The notes: generated from the letters alone by a model not told the origin. A stretch of 64,000 nucleotides of DNA from Burkholderiales bacterium (GCA_016790695.1 JAEUOS010000192.1:13064-77063); one strand, 5' to 3'; counted from the first letter of the stretch, positions 27,066 through 36,413 are shown. Translations and numbers: made by a program.

Positions 27066-27124
27066 CGGCAGCAAATCCGTGTCGCACGGCGCCCGCCCGC
27101 GAAGCGCGCGGGTAAACTCGCGCC

Positions 27125-28411
27125 ATGAACCCCGAGGCCCTGCTGCAGAAGAGCTTCGCCGCCGCGGTGGCGGCAGCCGATCCGCTGACGATCGTGCCGG
27201 CGCACCTGCCGTCGCCGCCGCGCGGGCGCACCGTGGTGGTCGGCGCGGGCAAGGCTGCGGCATCGATGGCGAAGGCCGTCGAACGGCACTGGCCGGCGAC
27301 GGCGGCGCTCGAGGGCCTGGTGATCACACGCTATGCCCACGGCTACGCGGGCGACGCGGCCTTGAAGCGCATCCGCGTCGTCGAGGCCGGCCACCCGGTG
27401 CCGGACGACGCCGGCGAGGCGGCGGCGCGCGAGATCGCCGCGCTCGCCCGCGCGCTCGGTCCCGACGACCTGCTGCTGGCGCTGGTGTCCGGCGGCGGAT
27501 CGAGCCTGCTGGCGCTGCCGGCCGAGGGCATTGCGATGGCCGACCTCAAGGCCGCCACGCGCGAACTGCTCGCCTGCGGCGCGCCGATCCAGGACATGAA
27601 CGTCGTGCGCAAGCACCTCTCGCTGATCCAGGGCGGGCGCCTGGCCGCGATGTGCGGTGCGCCGATCCTCTCGCTGGTGATCTCGGACGTCACCGGGGAC
27701 GAGCCGACCCACATCGCGAGCGGCCCCACGGTTCCCGACCCCAGCACCTACCAGGACGCGATCGACATCCTCGCGCGCTTCGACTGCCAGGTGCCTCCGG
27801 CGGTGAGCGAACGCCTCGCCGCCGGCGCGCGCGGCGGCATCGAGGAGACGCCCAAGCCCGGCGCGCCCGCGTTCGCGCGCGCCGACACGCGCGTGATCGC
27901 CACCGCGCACAGGAGCCTGGAGGCGGCCGCCGGCGTCTGCCGCGCCGCCGGTTTCACGCCGGTGATCCTGGGCGACACCGTCACGGGCGAGGCGCGCGAG
28001 GTCGCGCGCGCCCACGCGGCCATCGCGCGCGAGATCATCGCCTTCGGCGCGCCGTTCCGGCGGCCGGTCGCGCTGATCTCCGGCGGCGAGTGCACGGTGA
28101 CGCTGAAGAACCCGAACGGCCGCGGCGGACGCTGCAGCGAGTACCTGCTGTCACTGGCGATCGAGCTCGCCGGCGCGCCGGGGGTGTGGGGCCTGGCGGC
28201 CGACACCGACGGCATCGACGGATCGGAAAGCAACGCGGGCGCGTGGTTCGCGCCGGCGATGTGGCAGGCGGCTGCCGCGCGCGGGCTGCGCGCCGACAAG
28301 CTGCTCGCGGCGAACGACGCGTTCGGTTACTTCGAGGCCGTCGGCGGGTTGGTCCACACCGGTCCGACCCGCACCAACGTCAACGATTTCCGCGTCGTCC
28401 TGATCGCCTGA
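27125..28411 (+). CDS. Glycerate 2-kinase (MOFRL/DUF4147 family, TtuD/GckA-like)
   Basis: 428 aa; VVVGAGKAAASMA, LVSGGGSSL, MNVVRKHLS.IQGG, and C-terminal GTDGIDG...TGPTRTNVNDF. Confidence 0.85.
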   Translation: MNPEALLQKSFAAAVAAADPLTIVPAHLPSPPRGRTVVVGAGKAAASMAKAVERHWPATAALEGLVITRYAHGYAGDAALKRIRVVEAGHPVPDDAGEAAAREIAALARALGPDDLLLALVSGGGSSLLALPAEGIAMADLKAATRELLACGAPIQDMNVVRKHLSLIQGGRLAAMCGAPILSLVISDVTGDEPTHIASGPTVPDPSTYQDAIDILARFDCQVPPAVSERLAAGARGGIEETPKPGAPAFARADTRVIATAHRSLEAAAGVCRAAGFTPVILGDTVTGEAREVARAHAAIAREIIAFGAPFRRPVALISGGECTVTLKNPNGRGGRCSEYLLSLAIELAGAPGVWGLAADTDGIDGSESNAGAWFAPAMWQAAAARGLRADKLLAANDAFGYFEAVGGLVHTGPTRTNVNDFRVVLIA

Positions 28412-28417
28412 CCCGAC

Positions 28418-28723
28418 TCAGGCCGCGCGCAGGATCGGCGCGGGCGCGCCTCGGCCCCTGACCTCCGCCTCCTCGAACTCGGCCGCGGCGATCGCCCGGC
28501 CGAGCGCGGCAGCGAGCGCCTTGGCGGATTCGAGCGTCAGCTCGACCCCGGCCCGCGCACCCGCGTCGAGCCCGGTGTTGAGGAAGTCGAGCGTGATCAC
28601 GTCGCCCAGCGGCGCATGCCGCGCGTGGTCGTAGGCGACGACCGCCTGCGACAGCGGGAACCAGGCGTCGCCGCGCTTGGCCATGCCTTCGGCGGGCGCG
28701 ATCTCGATGATCGAGGTGCACAT
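28418..28723 (-). CDS. Small hypothetical protein (101 aa), possibly DUF6295-like
   Basis: ORF starting MCTSIIEIAPAEGMAKRGDAWFPL. Codon usage matches the genome. It lies 10 nt downstream of the dienelactone hydrolase gene. The family assignment is from memory only. Confidence 0.5.
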   Translation of the reverse strand: MCTSIIEIAPAEGMAKRGDAWFPLSQAVVAYDHARHAPLGDVITLDFLNTGLDAGARAGVELTLESAKALAAALGRAIAAAEFEEAEVRGRGAPAPILRAA

Positions 28724-28733
28724 GTCCGCGCCC

Positions 28734-29483
28734 CTACGCCGCCAGATGCTTGCCGAAGAACGCGAACACCTTGCCCCAGCCGTCCATCGCCTGCTCGGGA
28801 CGGTAGAGCGGGCGGTGCCAGTAGAAGAAGCCGTGGCCGGCGCCGTCGTAGCGGTGGAATTCGAAGTTCTTGCCGTGCTTCTTCAGTTCGGCCTCGTGCT
28901 GGTTCACCTGCTCGGGGCTGGGCGCGCGGTCGTCGTTGCCGAACAGGCCCAGCAGCGGGCAGGAAAGGTCCCTGGTCATGTCGATCGGCGCGACCGGCGT
29001 CTTCGCGTTGAGTTCCTCGGCGCCCATCACCACCCGCCCGCCCCAGAGATCGACGCAGGCATCGACGTCCTTGCGCTGCGAGGCGTAGATGACCGCGTGG
29101 CGGCCGCCGGAACACGAGCCGAACAGCCCGACCTTGCCGTTGTGGTTCGGCTGCGCGCGCATCCACTGCACGGCGGCCGCGGTGTCGCCGACCATCTGCG
29201 CGTCGGCGATGCCGCCGGCGGCACGCACCTTGGCGGCGACGTCGTCGGGATTGCCCGGGCCGTCGCGCTCGTAGAGGTTGGCGCAGATCGCCATGTAGCC
29301 GTGATGGGCGAAGCGGCGCGTCGTCTCGATGTAGTGCTCGCTCCAGCCGGGCAGGTGGTGGATCAGCACCACGCCCGGGAACGGGCCCGGCCCGGACGGC
29401 TTGGCCACATAGGCGGTGATCGGCGTGCCTTGATGGCCGTTGATGGTCACGTTGTCGCAGGTCATGCCGCGGTAGAAGGACAT
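28734..29483 (-). CDS. Dienelactone hydrolase family protein
   Basis: ATG at 29483 by codon count (249 aa), AAGGAGA upstream. Cys nucleophile elbow GSCSGG and C-terminal GAGHGF. Confidence 0.85.
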   Translation of the reverse strand: MSFYRGMTCDNVTINGHQGTPITAYVAKPSGPGPFPGVVLIHHLPGWSEHYIETTRRFAHHGYMAICANLYERDGPGNPDDVAAKVRAAGGIADAQMVGDTAAAVQWMRAQPNHNGKVGLFGSCSGGRHAVIYASQRKDVDACVDLWGGRVVMGAEELNAKTPVAPIDMTRDLSCPLLGLFGNDDRAPSPEQVNQHEAELKKHGKNFEFHRYDGAGHGFFYWHRPLYRPEQAMDGWGKVFAFFGKHLAA

Positions 29484-29742
29484 CGGGGGTTCTCCTTGGA
29501 CGGGATTGGCGGTCGGCAGTGGTCTCTGGGCGCGCGCCGCCGGCGGCGCGCGTCTCCAGCCGGATGCGATGATCGCACGGCGGGACCCGGACGCCGGACG
29601 CCGCCGCGTGCGCGAGGTCGCGTCCGTCGGCGCGCTTCGGATGTTCCGGATCGCGCGCAAGGGGCCGAGCGACCCGCGACGGGCACCGGTATCATTGCGC
29701 CCTCGGATGCAATGGCCGATGCATGCGCTGCGCGGCAGATCG

Positions 29743-30789
29743 ATGACCACCACCCTGGCAATCACCACCCCCGACGACTGGCACCTGCACGTGCGCGACG
29801 GCGCGGCCACGCGCGCGGTGCTGCCGGCCACGGCGCGCCAGTTCCGCCGCGCCATCATCATGCCCAATCTCAAGCCGCCGGTGCGCACCGTGGCGGAGGC
29901 GGCGGCGTACCGCGAGCGCATCCTCGCGGCGCTGCCGCCCGGGGCGCGCTTCGAGCCGCTGATGACGCTCTACCTCACCGACAACACGCCGGTCGACGAG
30001 ATCCGGCGCGTCGCGGCCTCGGGGTTCGTCAAGGCGCTCAAGTACTACCCCGCCGGCGCGACCACCAACTCGGACGCGGGGGTCACCGACATCGCGCGGC
30101 CGATGGCGGCGCTCGAGGCGATGGCCGATGCCGGCATTCCGCTGCTCATGCACGGCGAAGTCACCGATCCGGCGGTCGACGTGTTCGACCGCGAGGCGGT
30201 GTTCGTCGAGCGCATCCTCGACCCGCTGCTGCGCCGCCTGCCGTCGCTCAAGGTGGTGTTCGAGCACATCACCACCCGCCAGGGCGCCGAGTACGTGGCC
30301 GCGGCGCCGGGCAACGTCGCCGCGACCATCACGCCGCAGCACCTGCTCTACAACCGCAACGAGCTCTTCAAGGGCGGCATCCGCCCGCACTTCTACTGCC
30401 TGCCGGTCCTCAAGCGCGAGGAGCACCGCGTCGCGCTGGTCCGGGCCGCGACCTCGGGCAGCCCGAAGTTCTTCCTCGGCACCGATTCCGCGCCGCACGC
30501 GACCAACACCAAGGAGATCGCCTGCGGCTGCGCCGGCTGCTTCACCGCGCCGCACGCGCTGGAGCTGTATGCCGAGGCCTTCGAGGCGGCGGGCGCGCTC
30601 GACCGGCTCGAGGCCTTCGCCGCGTTTCACGGGCCCGACTTCTATGGCTTGCCGCGCAATTCCGGCACGGTGCGGCTCGAGCGAAGCGCCTGGCAGGTTC
30701 CGGAACGCCTCGACTATGTCGACGCCTCCGGCATCGTGCCCCTGCGCGCCGGCGAGACGCTCGCCTGGAAGCTCGTGGCCGGCGTGTGA
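29743..30789 (+). CDS. pyrC: Dihydroorotase, homodimeric type
   Basis: 348 aa from [20 protein letters not shown], with [22 protein letters not shown] and GTDSAPH motifs. The upstream 79 codons of the track ORF were discarded. Confidence 0.9.
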   Translation: MTTTLAITTPDDWHLHVRDGAATRAVLPATARQFRRAIIMPNLKPPVRTVAEAAAYRERILAALPPGARFEPLMTLYLTDNTPVDEIRRVAASGFVKALKYYPAGATTNSDAGVTDIARPMAALEAMADAGIPLLMHGEVTDPAVDVFDREAVFVERILDPLLRRLPSLKVVFEHITTRQGAEYVAAAPGNVAATITPQHLLYNRNELFKGGIRPHFYCLPVLKREEHRVALVRAATSGSPKFFLGTDSAPHATNTKEIACGCAGCFTAPHALELYAEAFEAAGALDRLEAFAAFHGPDFYGLPRNSGTVRLERSAWQVPERLDYVDASGIVPLRAGETLAWKLVAGV

Positions 30790-30804
30790 CGCGGGGAGCT
30801 CCGG

Positions 30805-31617
30805 ATGCAGCCTGACTGGCGGGCGTGGCGCGCGCGCGCGCCGGCCGCGCCGATCGGGCCGCTCGCGGCCCTGGTCGCGGCCCTGCCGCAGGATCGGTGG
30901 CCCGATCACGCCGACTGGTCGGCGCTGGCGCGCACGCGCGGCGTGACCAACGCGCGCGGCCTGCCGATCGCCTTCGTGCCGCCCGCGGCGCCGGCGCCCG
31001 CGGCGCTGGCGTTCGAGCGCCGCATCCTCGAGCGCGGCGAGGTCGAGACGCGCCCGGCGTGCTGGCACGATGCGTTCCACGCCTGCGCCTGGCTCGCCTT
31101 TCCGCGCGCCAAGGCGGCGATCAACGCGCTGCATGTCGCCGAGGGTCTCGATGCAACGCCCAATCGGCGCAGCGTCGTGCGCAATCTCCTGACGCTGTTC
31201 GACGAGGGCGGACTGGTGGTCCTCTCGGCCGACCCGGCGCTCCTCGATCTCGTGCGCGGCTTTCGCTGGCACGAGCTGTTCTGGGTGCGGCGCGAGGCGG
31301 TGTGCCGGCAGATGGACTTCACGATCTTCGGCCACGCGCTCTACGAGCGCACGCTGGCGATGGATTTCGGTGCCACCGGGCGCGCGCTGCTGTTCGCGGC
31401 CGACGCGGCGCTGCTCGCCGCCCCGGTCGCCGCGCGCCTGGCCTGGATCGACGCGCGCCTGGCCGCGCTGTTCCGCGACCCGTCCGGGCTGGGCGCGACC
31501 GCGCTGCTGCAACCGGTGCCGATCAACGGCATTCCGGGCTGGAACGCGGCCAACCTCGGCGAAGACTATTTCCGCGACACCCGGCAGTTCCGGCCCGGGC
31601 GGCGCAAGGCGGCCTGA
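30805..31617 (+). CDS. DUF3025 domain protein
   Basis: 270 aa; GGGGAG Shine-Dalgarno. WHDAFHACAWLAFPRAKAAINALH block. I recall the position downstream of pyrC as conserved in betaproteobacteria. Confidence 0.7.
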   Translation: MQPDWRAWRARAPAAPIGPLAALVAALPQDRWPDHADWSALARTRGVTNARGLPIAFVPPAAPAPAALAFERRILERGEVETRPACWHDAFHACAWLAFPRAKAAINALHVAEGLDATPNRRSVVRNLLTLFDEGGLVVLSADPALLDLVRGFRWHELFWVRREAVCRQMDFTIFGHALYERTLAMDFGATGRALLFAADAALLAAPVAARLAWIDARLAALFRDPSGLGATALLQPVPINGIPGWNAANLGEDYFRDTRQFRPGRRKAA

Positions 31618-32555
31618 TGCTGGCGATCCTCAACGTCACCGCGCCGTTCTTCGCGCTCATTGCCTGCGGCACGCTCGCCTCGCGGCTGAAGCTCCTGCCG
31701 GAGAACGCGATTCCGGCGCTCAACACCTTCGTGCTGTACTTCGCGCTGCCGTGCATGATGTTCCGCTTCACGCTGGAGACGCCGTTCGCCGAGATCCTCA
31801 ACGGCAAGGTGTTCTTCGCCTACATGGCGGCGGGGCTCGTCACCCTGGCGATCTTCGTGGCCACCTACCGCGTCGCGCACATGGATCGCGCCCAGGAGGC
31901 CGCGTACCCGGGCCTGGCGGTGGCGTGGTCGAACTGGGGCTACATGGGCTTCGCGCTGATCCCGGCCTTCCTCGGCAAGGAGGCGCTGCCGATCATCGTC
32001 GCCGGCGGCATGGCCGACGTGTTCGTGATCCTCTCCATCGCCCTCGCGCTGGCCGGCTCCGGCGGCACGGGCGCGCGCGAGATCCTGGCCGGTGCGGTGC
32101 TGCGGGTGGTGAAGAACCCGATGATGTGGGCCGTGGTGGCCGGCGCGATCGGCTCGGCGGCCGGGGTCAGGCTGCCGGCGGCACCGGATCAGCTGGTGCG
32201 CCTGCTCGGCAGCGCCGCGGTGCCGGTGGCGCTGTTCGCGATCGGCGTGTCGCTGTATCGTCCCGGCGTGCCGGTGCTGCGCGCCGAGGTGATGCTGATC
32301 ACCGGCGGGAAGCTGCTGCTGCATCCCTACGTGGTGGCGCTGGTGGCGGCGTTCGCCTTCGGCCTGTCGCGCGTGGAGATCCAGGTGCTGGTGCTGATGG
32401 CGGCGCTGCCGGTCGCAGGCTCGGTCTTCCTGTTCGCCGAGCGCGCGGGCAGCGACTCGGAGTCGATTTCCGGCGCGATCCTGGTGTCGACGGCGCTGGC
32501 GTTCCTGAGCTTCTCGGCCCTGGTCTGGGCGATGGGCGTCAGCCTCGGGCCGTGA
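31617..32555 (+). CDS. AEC (auxin efflux carrier) family transporter
   Basis: 312 aa from MLAILNVTAPFFALIACG, about 10 TM. TGATG overlap with the DUF3025 stop. Confidence 0.85.
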   Translation: MLAILNVTAPFFALIACGTLASRLKLLPENAIPALNTFVLYFALPCMMFRFTLETPFAEILNGKVFFAYMAAGLVTLAIFVATYRVAHMDRAQEAAYPGLAVAWSNWGYMGFALIPAFLGKEALPIIVAGGMADVFVILSIALALAGSGGTGAREILAGAVLRVVKNPMMWAVVAGAIGSAAGVRLPAAPDQLVRLLGSAAVPVALFAIGVSLYRPGVPVLRAEVMLITGGKLLLHPYVVALVAAFAFGLSRVEIQVLVLMAALPVAGSVFLFAERAGSDSESISGAILVSTALAFLSFSALVWAMGVSLGP

Positions 32556-32637
32556 GCGCCTGCGCCCGCGACGCGGCGCGGCGCGGGACGCTATAGTGCT
32601 GGCGGCGCCGCGATCGGCGCGACGCATCATCCTCCCC

Positions 32638-34002
32638 ATGACCTCCTACGACTACGACTTTTTCGTCATCGGCGCCGGTTCCGGCGGCGTGCGCGCGAGC
32701 CGCATCGCCGCGTCATTCGGTGCCCGGGTGGCGGTGGCCGAGTCCTACCGCCCGGGCGGCACCTGCGTGATCCGCGGCTGCGTGCCCAAGAAGCTCCTGG
32801 TCTACGCCGCGCATTTCCACGAGGACTTCGAGGACGCGCGCGGCTATGGCTGGACCGTGCCCGCGGCGGAGTTTTCCTGGCCGAAGCTGATCGAGGCCAA
32901 GGACCGCGAGATCGCGCGCCTCGAGGGCATCTACGAGAACCTGCTGGTCAAGGCCGGCGTCACGCTGATCCGCGGCCGCGCGCGGGTGGCCGATGCCCAC
33001 ACCGTCGAAGTCGACGGCGTGCGCCACACCGCGAAGCACATCCTGGTCGCCACCGGCGGCTGGCCGGCGAAGACCGAGATCCCCGGCGCGGAGCTGGGCA
33101 TCACCTCCAACGAGGCGTTCGAGCTCAAGCACCTGCCCCGGCGCGTGCTGATGATCGGCGGCGGCTACATCGCCGTCGAATTCGCCGGCATCTTCCGCGG
33201 CCTCGGCGCCGAGGTGACGCTGTCCTACCGCGGTTCGGAGATCCTGCGCGGCTTCGACGACGACGTGCGCCGCCACCTGCGCGCCGAGATCGAGGCCAGG
33301 GGCGTCCGGGTGCTGCTGCGCAACGAGGTGGTGTCGATCGAGCGCCACGGCGCCGGCCTGCGCGCGCGCACCAGCGACGTCGACATCACGATCGACTGCG
33401 ACTGCGTGATGTTCGCCACCGGCCGCATGCCCAACACCGCCGGGCTCGGCCTCGCCGAGGCCGGCGTCGCCCTGGACGAGAACGGCGCGGTGATCGTCGA
33501 CGCATTCGGGCAGAGCTCGGTGCCGAGCATCCATGCGGTCGGCGACGTCACGCATCGCGTGCAGCTGACGCCGGTGGCGATCCGCGAGGGCCAGGCGCTC
33601 GCCAACACCCTGTTCAACAACCGGCCGACCACGGTCGCCTACGGCAACATTCCCTCGGCGGTGTTCAGCCAGCCGCCGATCGGCACCGTCGGCGACACCG
33701 AGGAGCAGGCGATCCAGAAGTACGGCCGGGTCGAGATCTACCAGGCGAGCTTCCGGCCGATGAAGCACACCCTGTCCGGACGCGCCGAGAAGACCTACAT
33801 GAAGCTCATCGTCGAGCCGGCGTCGCAGAAGGTGATCGGCGCGCACATGGTCGGGCCCGACGCCCCGGAGATCATCCAGGGCATCGGCATCGCGGTCGTC
33901 GCGGGGCTCACCAAGCAGCAGTTCGACGACACCGTCGGCATCCATCCGACCGCGGCCGAGGAATTCGTCACCATGCGCGAGAAGGTGCTGCGCGGGTTCT
34001 AG
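32638..34002 (+). CDS. gor: Glutathione-disulfide reductase
   Basis: 454 aa from MTSYDYDFFVIGAGSGG. Redox-active GGTCVIRGCVPKK and a C-terminal HPTAAEE dimer-interface His-Glu. Confidence 0.9.
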   Translation: MTSYDYDFFVIGAGSGGVRASRIAASFGARVAVAESYRPGGTCVIRGCVPKKLLVYAAHFHEDFEDARGYGWTVPAAEFSWPKLIEAKDREIARLEGIYENLLVKAGVTLIRGRARVADAHTVEVDGVRHTAKHILVATGGWPAKTEIPGAELGITSNEAFELKHLPRRVLMIGGGYIAVEFAGIFRGLGAEVTLSYRGSEILRGFDDDVRRHLRAEIEARGVRVLLRNEVVSIERHGAGLRARTSDVDITIDCDCVMFATGRMPNTAGLGLAEAGVALDENGAVIVDAFGQSSVPSIHAVGDVTHRVQLTPVAIREGQALANTLFNNRPTTVAYGNIPSAVFSQPPIGTVGDTEEQAIQKYGRVEIYQASFRPMKHTLSGRAEKTYMKLIVEPASQKVIGAHMVGPDAPEIIQGIGIAVVAGLTKQQFDDTVGIHPTAAEEFVTMREKVLRGF

Positions 34003-34036
34003 CCGGCCCGGGCGCGGCCCCGGCCGCCGGCAGGCC

Positions 34037-34816
34037 TCAGGACATCGCGCCGCCGTCGACGGTGTAGATGCCGCCGTTGACGTACGACGCGTCGGCCGAG
34101 AGCAGGAAGGCGGCGAGCGCGGCGACCTCCTCGGGCTTGCCGTAGCGGCCCATCGGAATGCGCGCGTTGAAGCGCTCGCGTGCCGCCGCGGGATCGGCCG
34201 GGCTGAAGCCGGCGTTGAGCTCGTCGCCCATCGACGTGTCGATCGGCGCCGGGCAGATCGCGTTGACGCGGATGCCCTTGGGCGCGAGCTCCACCGACGC
34301 GGTGCGCGTCATGCCGAGCACCGCGTGCTTGCTGGCGGTGTAGGCGACGAGGCCGGGGCTGCCGCGCAGGCCGGCGATCGACGCGGTGTTGACGATCGCG
34401 CCGCCGCCGCGGCGCAGGAGCGCCGGCGCCACCAGCTGCATGCCCATCCACACCGCCTTGACGTTGACCGCGAGCACACGGTCGAACACGTCCTCGGGAT
34501 AGTCGAGCAGCGGGCGCACCACGCCGAGGATGCCGGCGTTGTTGAAGAAGCCGTCGATGCCGCCGAAGGTGTCGCAGGCGGCGGCGACGTAGCGCTCGAC
34601 GTCGGCGCGCAGCGTGACATCGGCGCCGACCGCGAGCGCGCGGCCGCCGGCCGCCGCGATGGCGCCCGCGCACTCCTCGAGCGCGGCGCCGGGCAGGTCG
34701 ACCACCACCACCCGCGCGCCTTCGGCCGCGAGACGGCGCGCGGCCGCCGCGCCGATGCCGCGCGCACCGCCGGTGACGACGATGACCTTGTCCTGGAAGC
34801 GGGCGGCGCCGGTCAT
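34037..34816 (-). CDS. Short-chain dehydrogenase/reductase (SDR)
   Basis: 259 aa; TGGARGIG, NNAG, YTASKHAV. Confidence 0.9.
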   Translation of the reverse strand: MTGAARFQDKVIVVTGGARGIGAAAARRLAAEGARVVVVDLPGAALEECAGAIAAAGGRALAVGADVTLRADVERYVAAACDTFGGIDGFFNNAGILGVVRPLLDYPEDVFDRVLAVNVKAVWMGMQLVAPALLRRGGGAIVNTASIAGLRGSPGLVAYTASKHAVLGMTRTASVELAPKGIRVNAICPAPIDTSMGDELNAGFSPADPAAARERFNARIPMGRYGKPEEVAALAAFLLSADASYVNGGIYTVDGGAMS

Positions 34817-34853
34817 GGGCGCCCCGGCAGGCGGCGCGCGCGGCGGAGCGCGC

Positions 34854-35411
34854 TCACGCGGCCTGCTGCCCGGGCTGGAAGATGCCGGCCGCGACCAGGC
34901 GCGCGATGCCCTGGGGCGAGATCTCGGCGGCCGGCGCGTCGCCGCCGATGATGCCGAGCAGCAGGCCTTCGGCGCGGCCCGCGCCCGCCTCGATGCACTC
35001 GAAGCGGCGCTGCACCCCGATCGGGCAGGCGATGAAATCGAGCGGCGCCAGGGTCACGGCCTCGGTGCCGCTGTCGAGCTCCCACTCGAGCTTCCAGGTG
35101 CCGTGCATGACCACGAAGGTCTCCACCGTGTCGTGGGTGTGCATCAGCACCCCGCAGCCCGGCTTGGCGGCGACGAACGCGAGCCCGAAGCCGGCGCGCA
35201 GGTGCGAGACCGCCGCCGGCGCCATGTCGCCGAAGGGCGAATACTGTCCCTCGCCCTTGGGCTGGCTGAAGCCCAGCACGTTCAGGAAGGTGCGTTCGCA
35301 CTCGGGCAACTGCATGTCGGGCAGGCCGGTGCTGCAGCGGGTGAGGTCGGAAAAGCGCGCGACGCAGCGCTGCATTTCCGCGCGCGACGGCTGGATGACG
35401 GTGATGGACAT
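34854..35411 (-). CDS. Cupin domain protein (paralog of 7912-8502)
   Basis: ATG at 35411 by codon count (185 aa). MHTHDTVETFVVMHGTWKLEW aligns with MHWHDTEEVFFVHRGRWDFDW of the other cupin. Confidence 0.65.
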   Translation of the reverse strand: MSITVIQPSRAEMQRCVARFSDLTRCSTGLPDMQLPECERTFLNVLGFSQPKGEGQYSPFGDMAPAAVSHLRAGFGLAFVAAKPGCGVLMHTHDTVETFVVMHGTWKLEWELDSGTEAVTLAPLDFIACPIGVQRRFECIEAGAGRAEGLLLGIIGGDAPAAEISPQGIARLVAAGIFQPGQQAA

Positions 35412-35542
35412 GGCGGGACTCCCGGGTGGCACGGACGCGCCGATTAGAGCAGGACGCGCGCGGCATCGCAATCCGGGCGGTGTATTCTCCGCTCCGGACA
35501 ACGGCTTGGCGGAGCCGCGCGGCGGCTCCGGCGGAGGTGGCG

Positions 35543-36250
35543 ATGCGTCAGGAGGGATTCGAGATCGAGGTCTGCGGCCGGCGCGTGCCGGGCATGCTGT
35601 TCCTGCCCGATCATGCTGCGGGCAGGCTGCCGCTGGTGCTGGCCCAGCACGGCGGCAGCAGCCACAAGCTGGGCCAGGAGATCCTCGACTGGGCCGAGGT
35701 GTTCGTCGCGCGCCGCGGCATGGCGCTGGCTGCCATCGACGGGCCCGTGCACGGCGACCGGCGCCCGGGCGGCGCCGCGGGGGCGAGCAAGGAGGCGACG
35801 CGCGCCGACTTCCTGGCGCTCTGGCAGCGCGGCGACGGCGGGGTCGACGCCATGAACGCCGACTGGCGCGCGGTCGTCGACCGCCTGGCCGGCGATGCGC
35901 GCATCGATGCCGGCGCGATCGGCTGGATCGGCGTCTCGATGGGCACCGCCTACGGCCTGCCGCTCCTGGCGGTCGAACCGCGCATCCGCGCCGCGGTGCT
36001 CGGCATGTGGGGATTGTCGTTTCCCAACTCCGAGCGCCTGGGCACGGACGCGGCGCGACTCGCCTGCCCGGTGCTGTTCCAGCAGAAGTGGGACGACGAA
36101 CTGTTCACCCGTGCGGGCCAGATCGAACTCTTCGAGAAGATCGGCAGCCGCGACAAGTGGTTGAACGTCTACCCCGGCGGCCACGTGCGCGCCGAGGGGC
36201 GGCAGTTGCGGGACATGGAAGGCTTTCTGGCCGAGCAGCTCGGTGGCTGA
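35543..36250 (+). CDS. Alpha/beta hydrolase (dienelactone-hydrolase-like)
   Basis: ATG at 35543 after GGAGGTGG (235 aa). Nucleophile elbow GVSMG. Confidence 0.75.
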   Translation: MRQEGFEIEVCGRRVPGMLFLPDHAAGRLPLVLAQHGGSSHKLGQEILDWAEVFVARRGMALAAIDGPVHGDRRPGGAAGASKEATRADFLALWQRGDGGVDAMNADWRAVVDRLAGDARIDAGAIGWIGVSMGTAYGLPLLAVEPRIRAAVLGMWGLSFPNSERLGTDAARLACPVLFQQKWDDELFTRAGQIELFEKIGSRDKWLNVYPGGHVRAEGRQLRDMEGFLAEQLGG

Positions 36251-36345
36251 GCGGGACGGCTGAACGGCGCGCCGCCTTGGCTGCCCGGGGCGCCGATCCC
36301 GGCGACCCGGGGGCGCGCTGGCGCGATGAGGAAGGCGCCTTACCG

Positions 36346-36413
36346 GGCGGGCGGATGGTCATGAGGATGGCCGGTCCCGGGTGTCGTTTAGCGCGACCGG
36401 CCGTCCGCCCGCC
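36346..36413. terminator. Nested GC hairpins between convergent genes (candidate bidirectional terminator)
   Basis: Outer stem GGCGGGCGGA (36346-36355) pairs with TCCGCCCGCC (36404-36413). Inner stem GGCCGGTC (36369-36376) pairs with GACCGGCC (36395-36402). The right arm abuts the stop of the 36413 gene. Confidence 0.35.

Noticed and set aside
28312-28330. Palindrome gaacgacgcgttc followed by cggttac, superficially like the TetR operator
   Set aside because: It lacks the TAAC half-site at the required spacing and lies inside the glycerate kinase coding region. It is not counted as an operator copy.
32592-32597. TATAGT hexamer 40 nt upstream of gor as a promoter -10 box
   Set aside because: There is no convincing -35 at 16-18 nt spacing. 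A single AT-rich hexamer of this type is expected by chance a few times in a window of this size. It is left uncalled.
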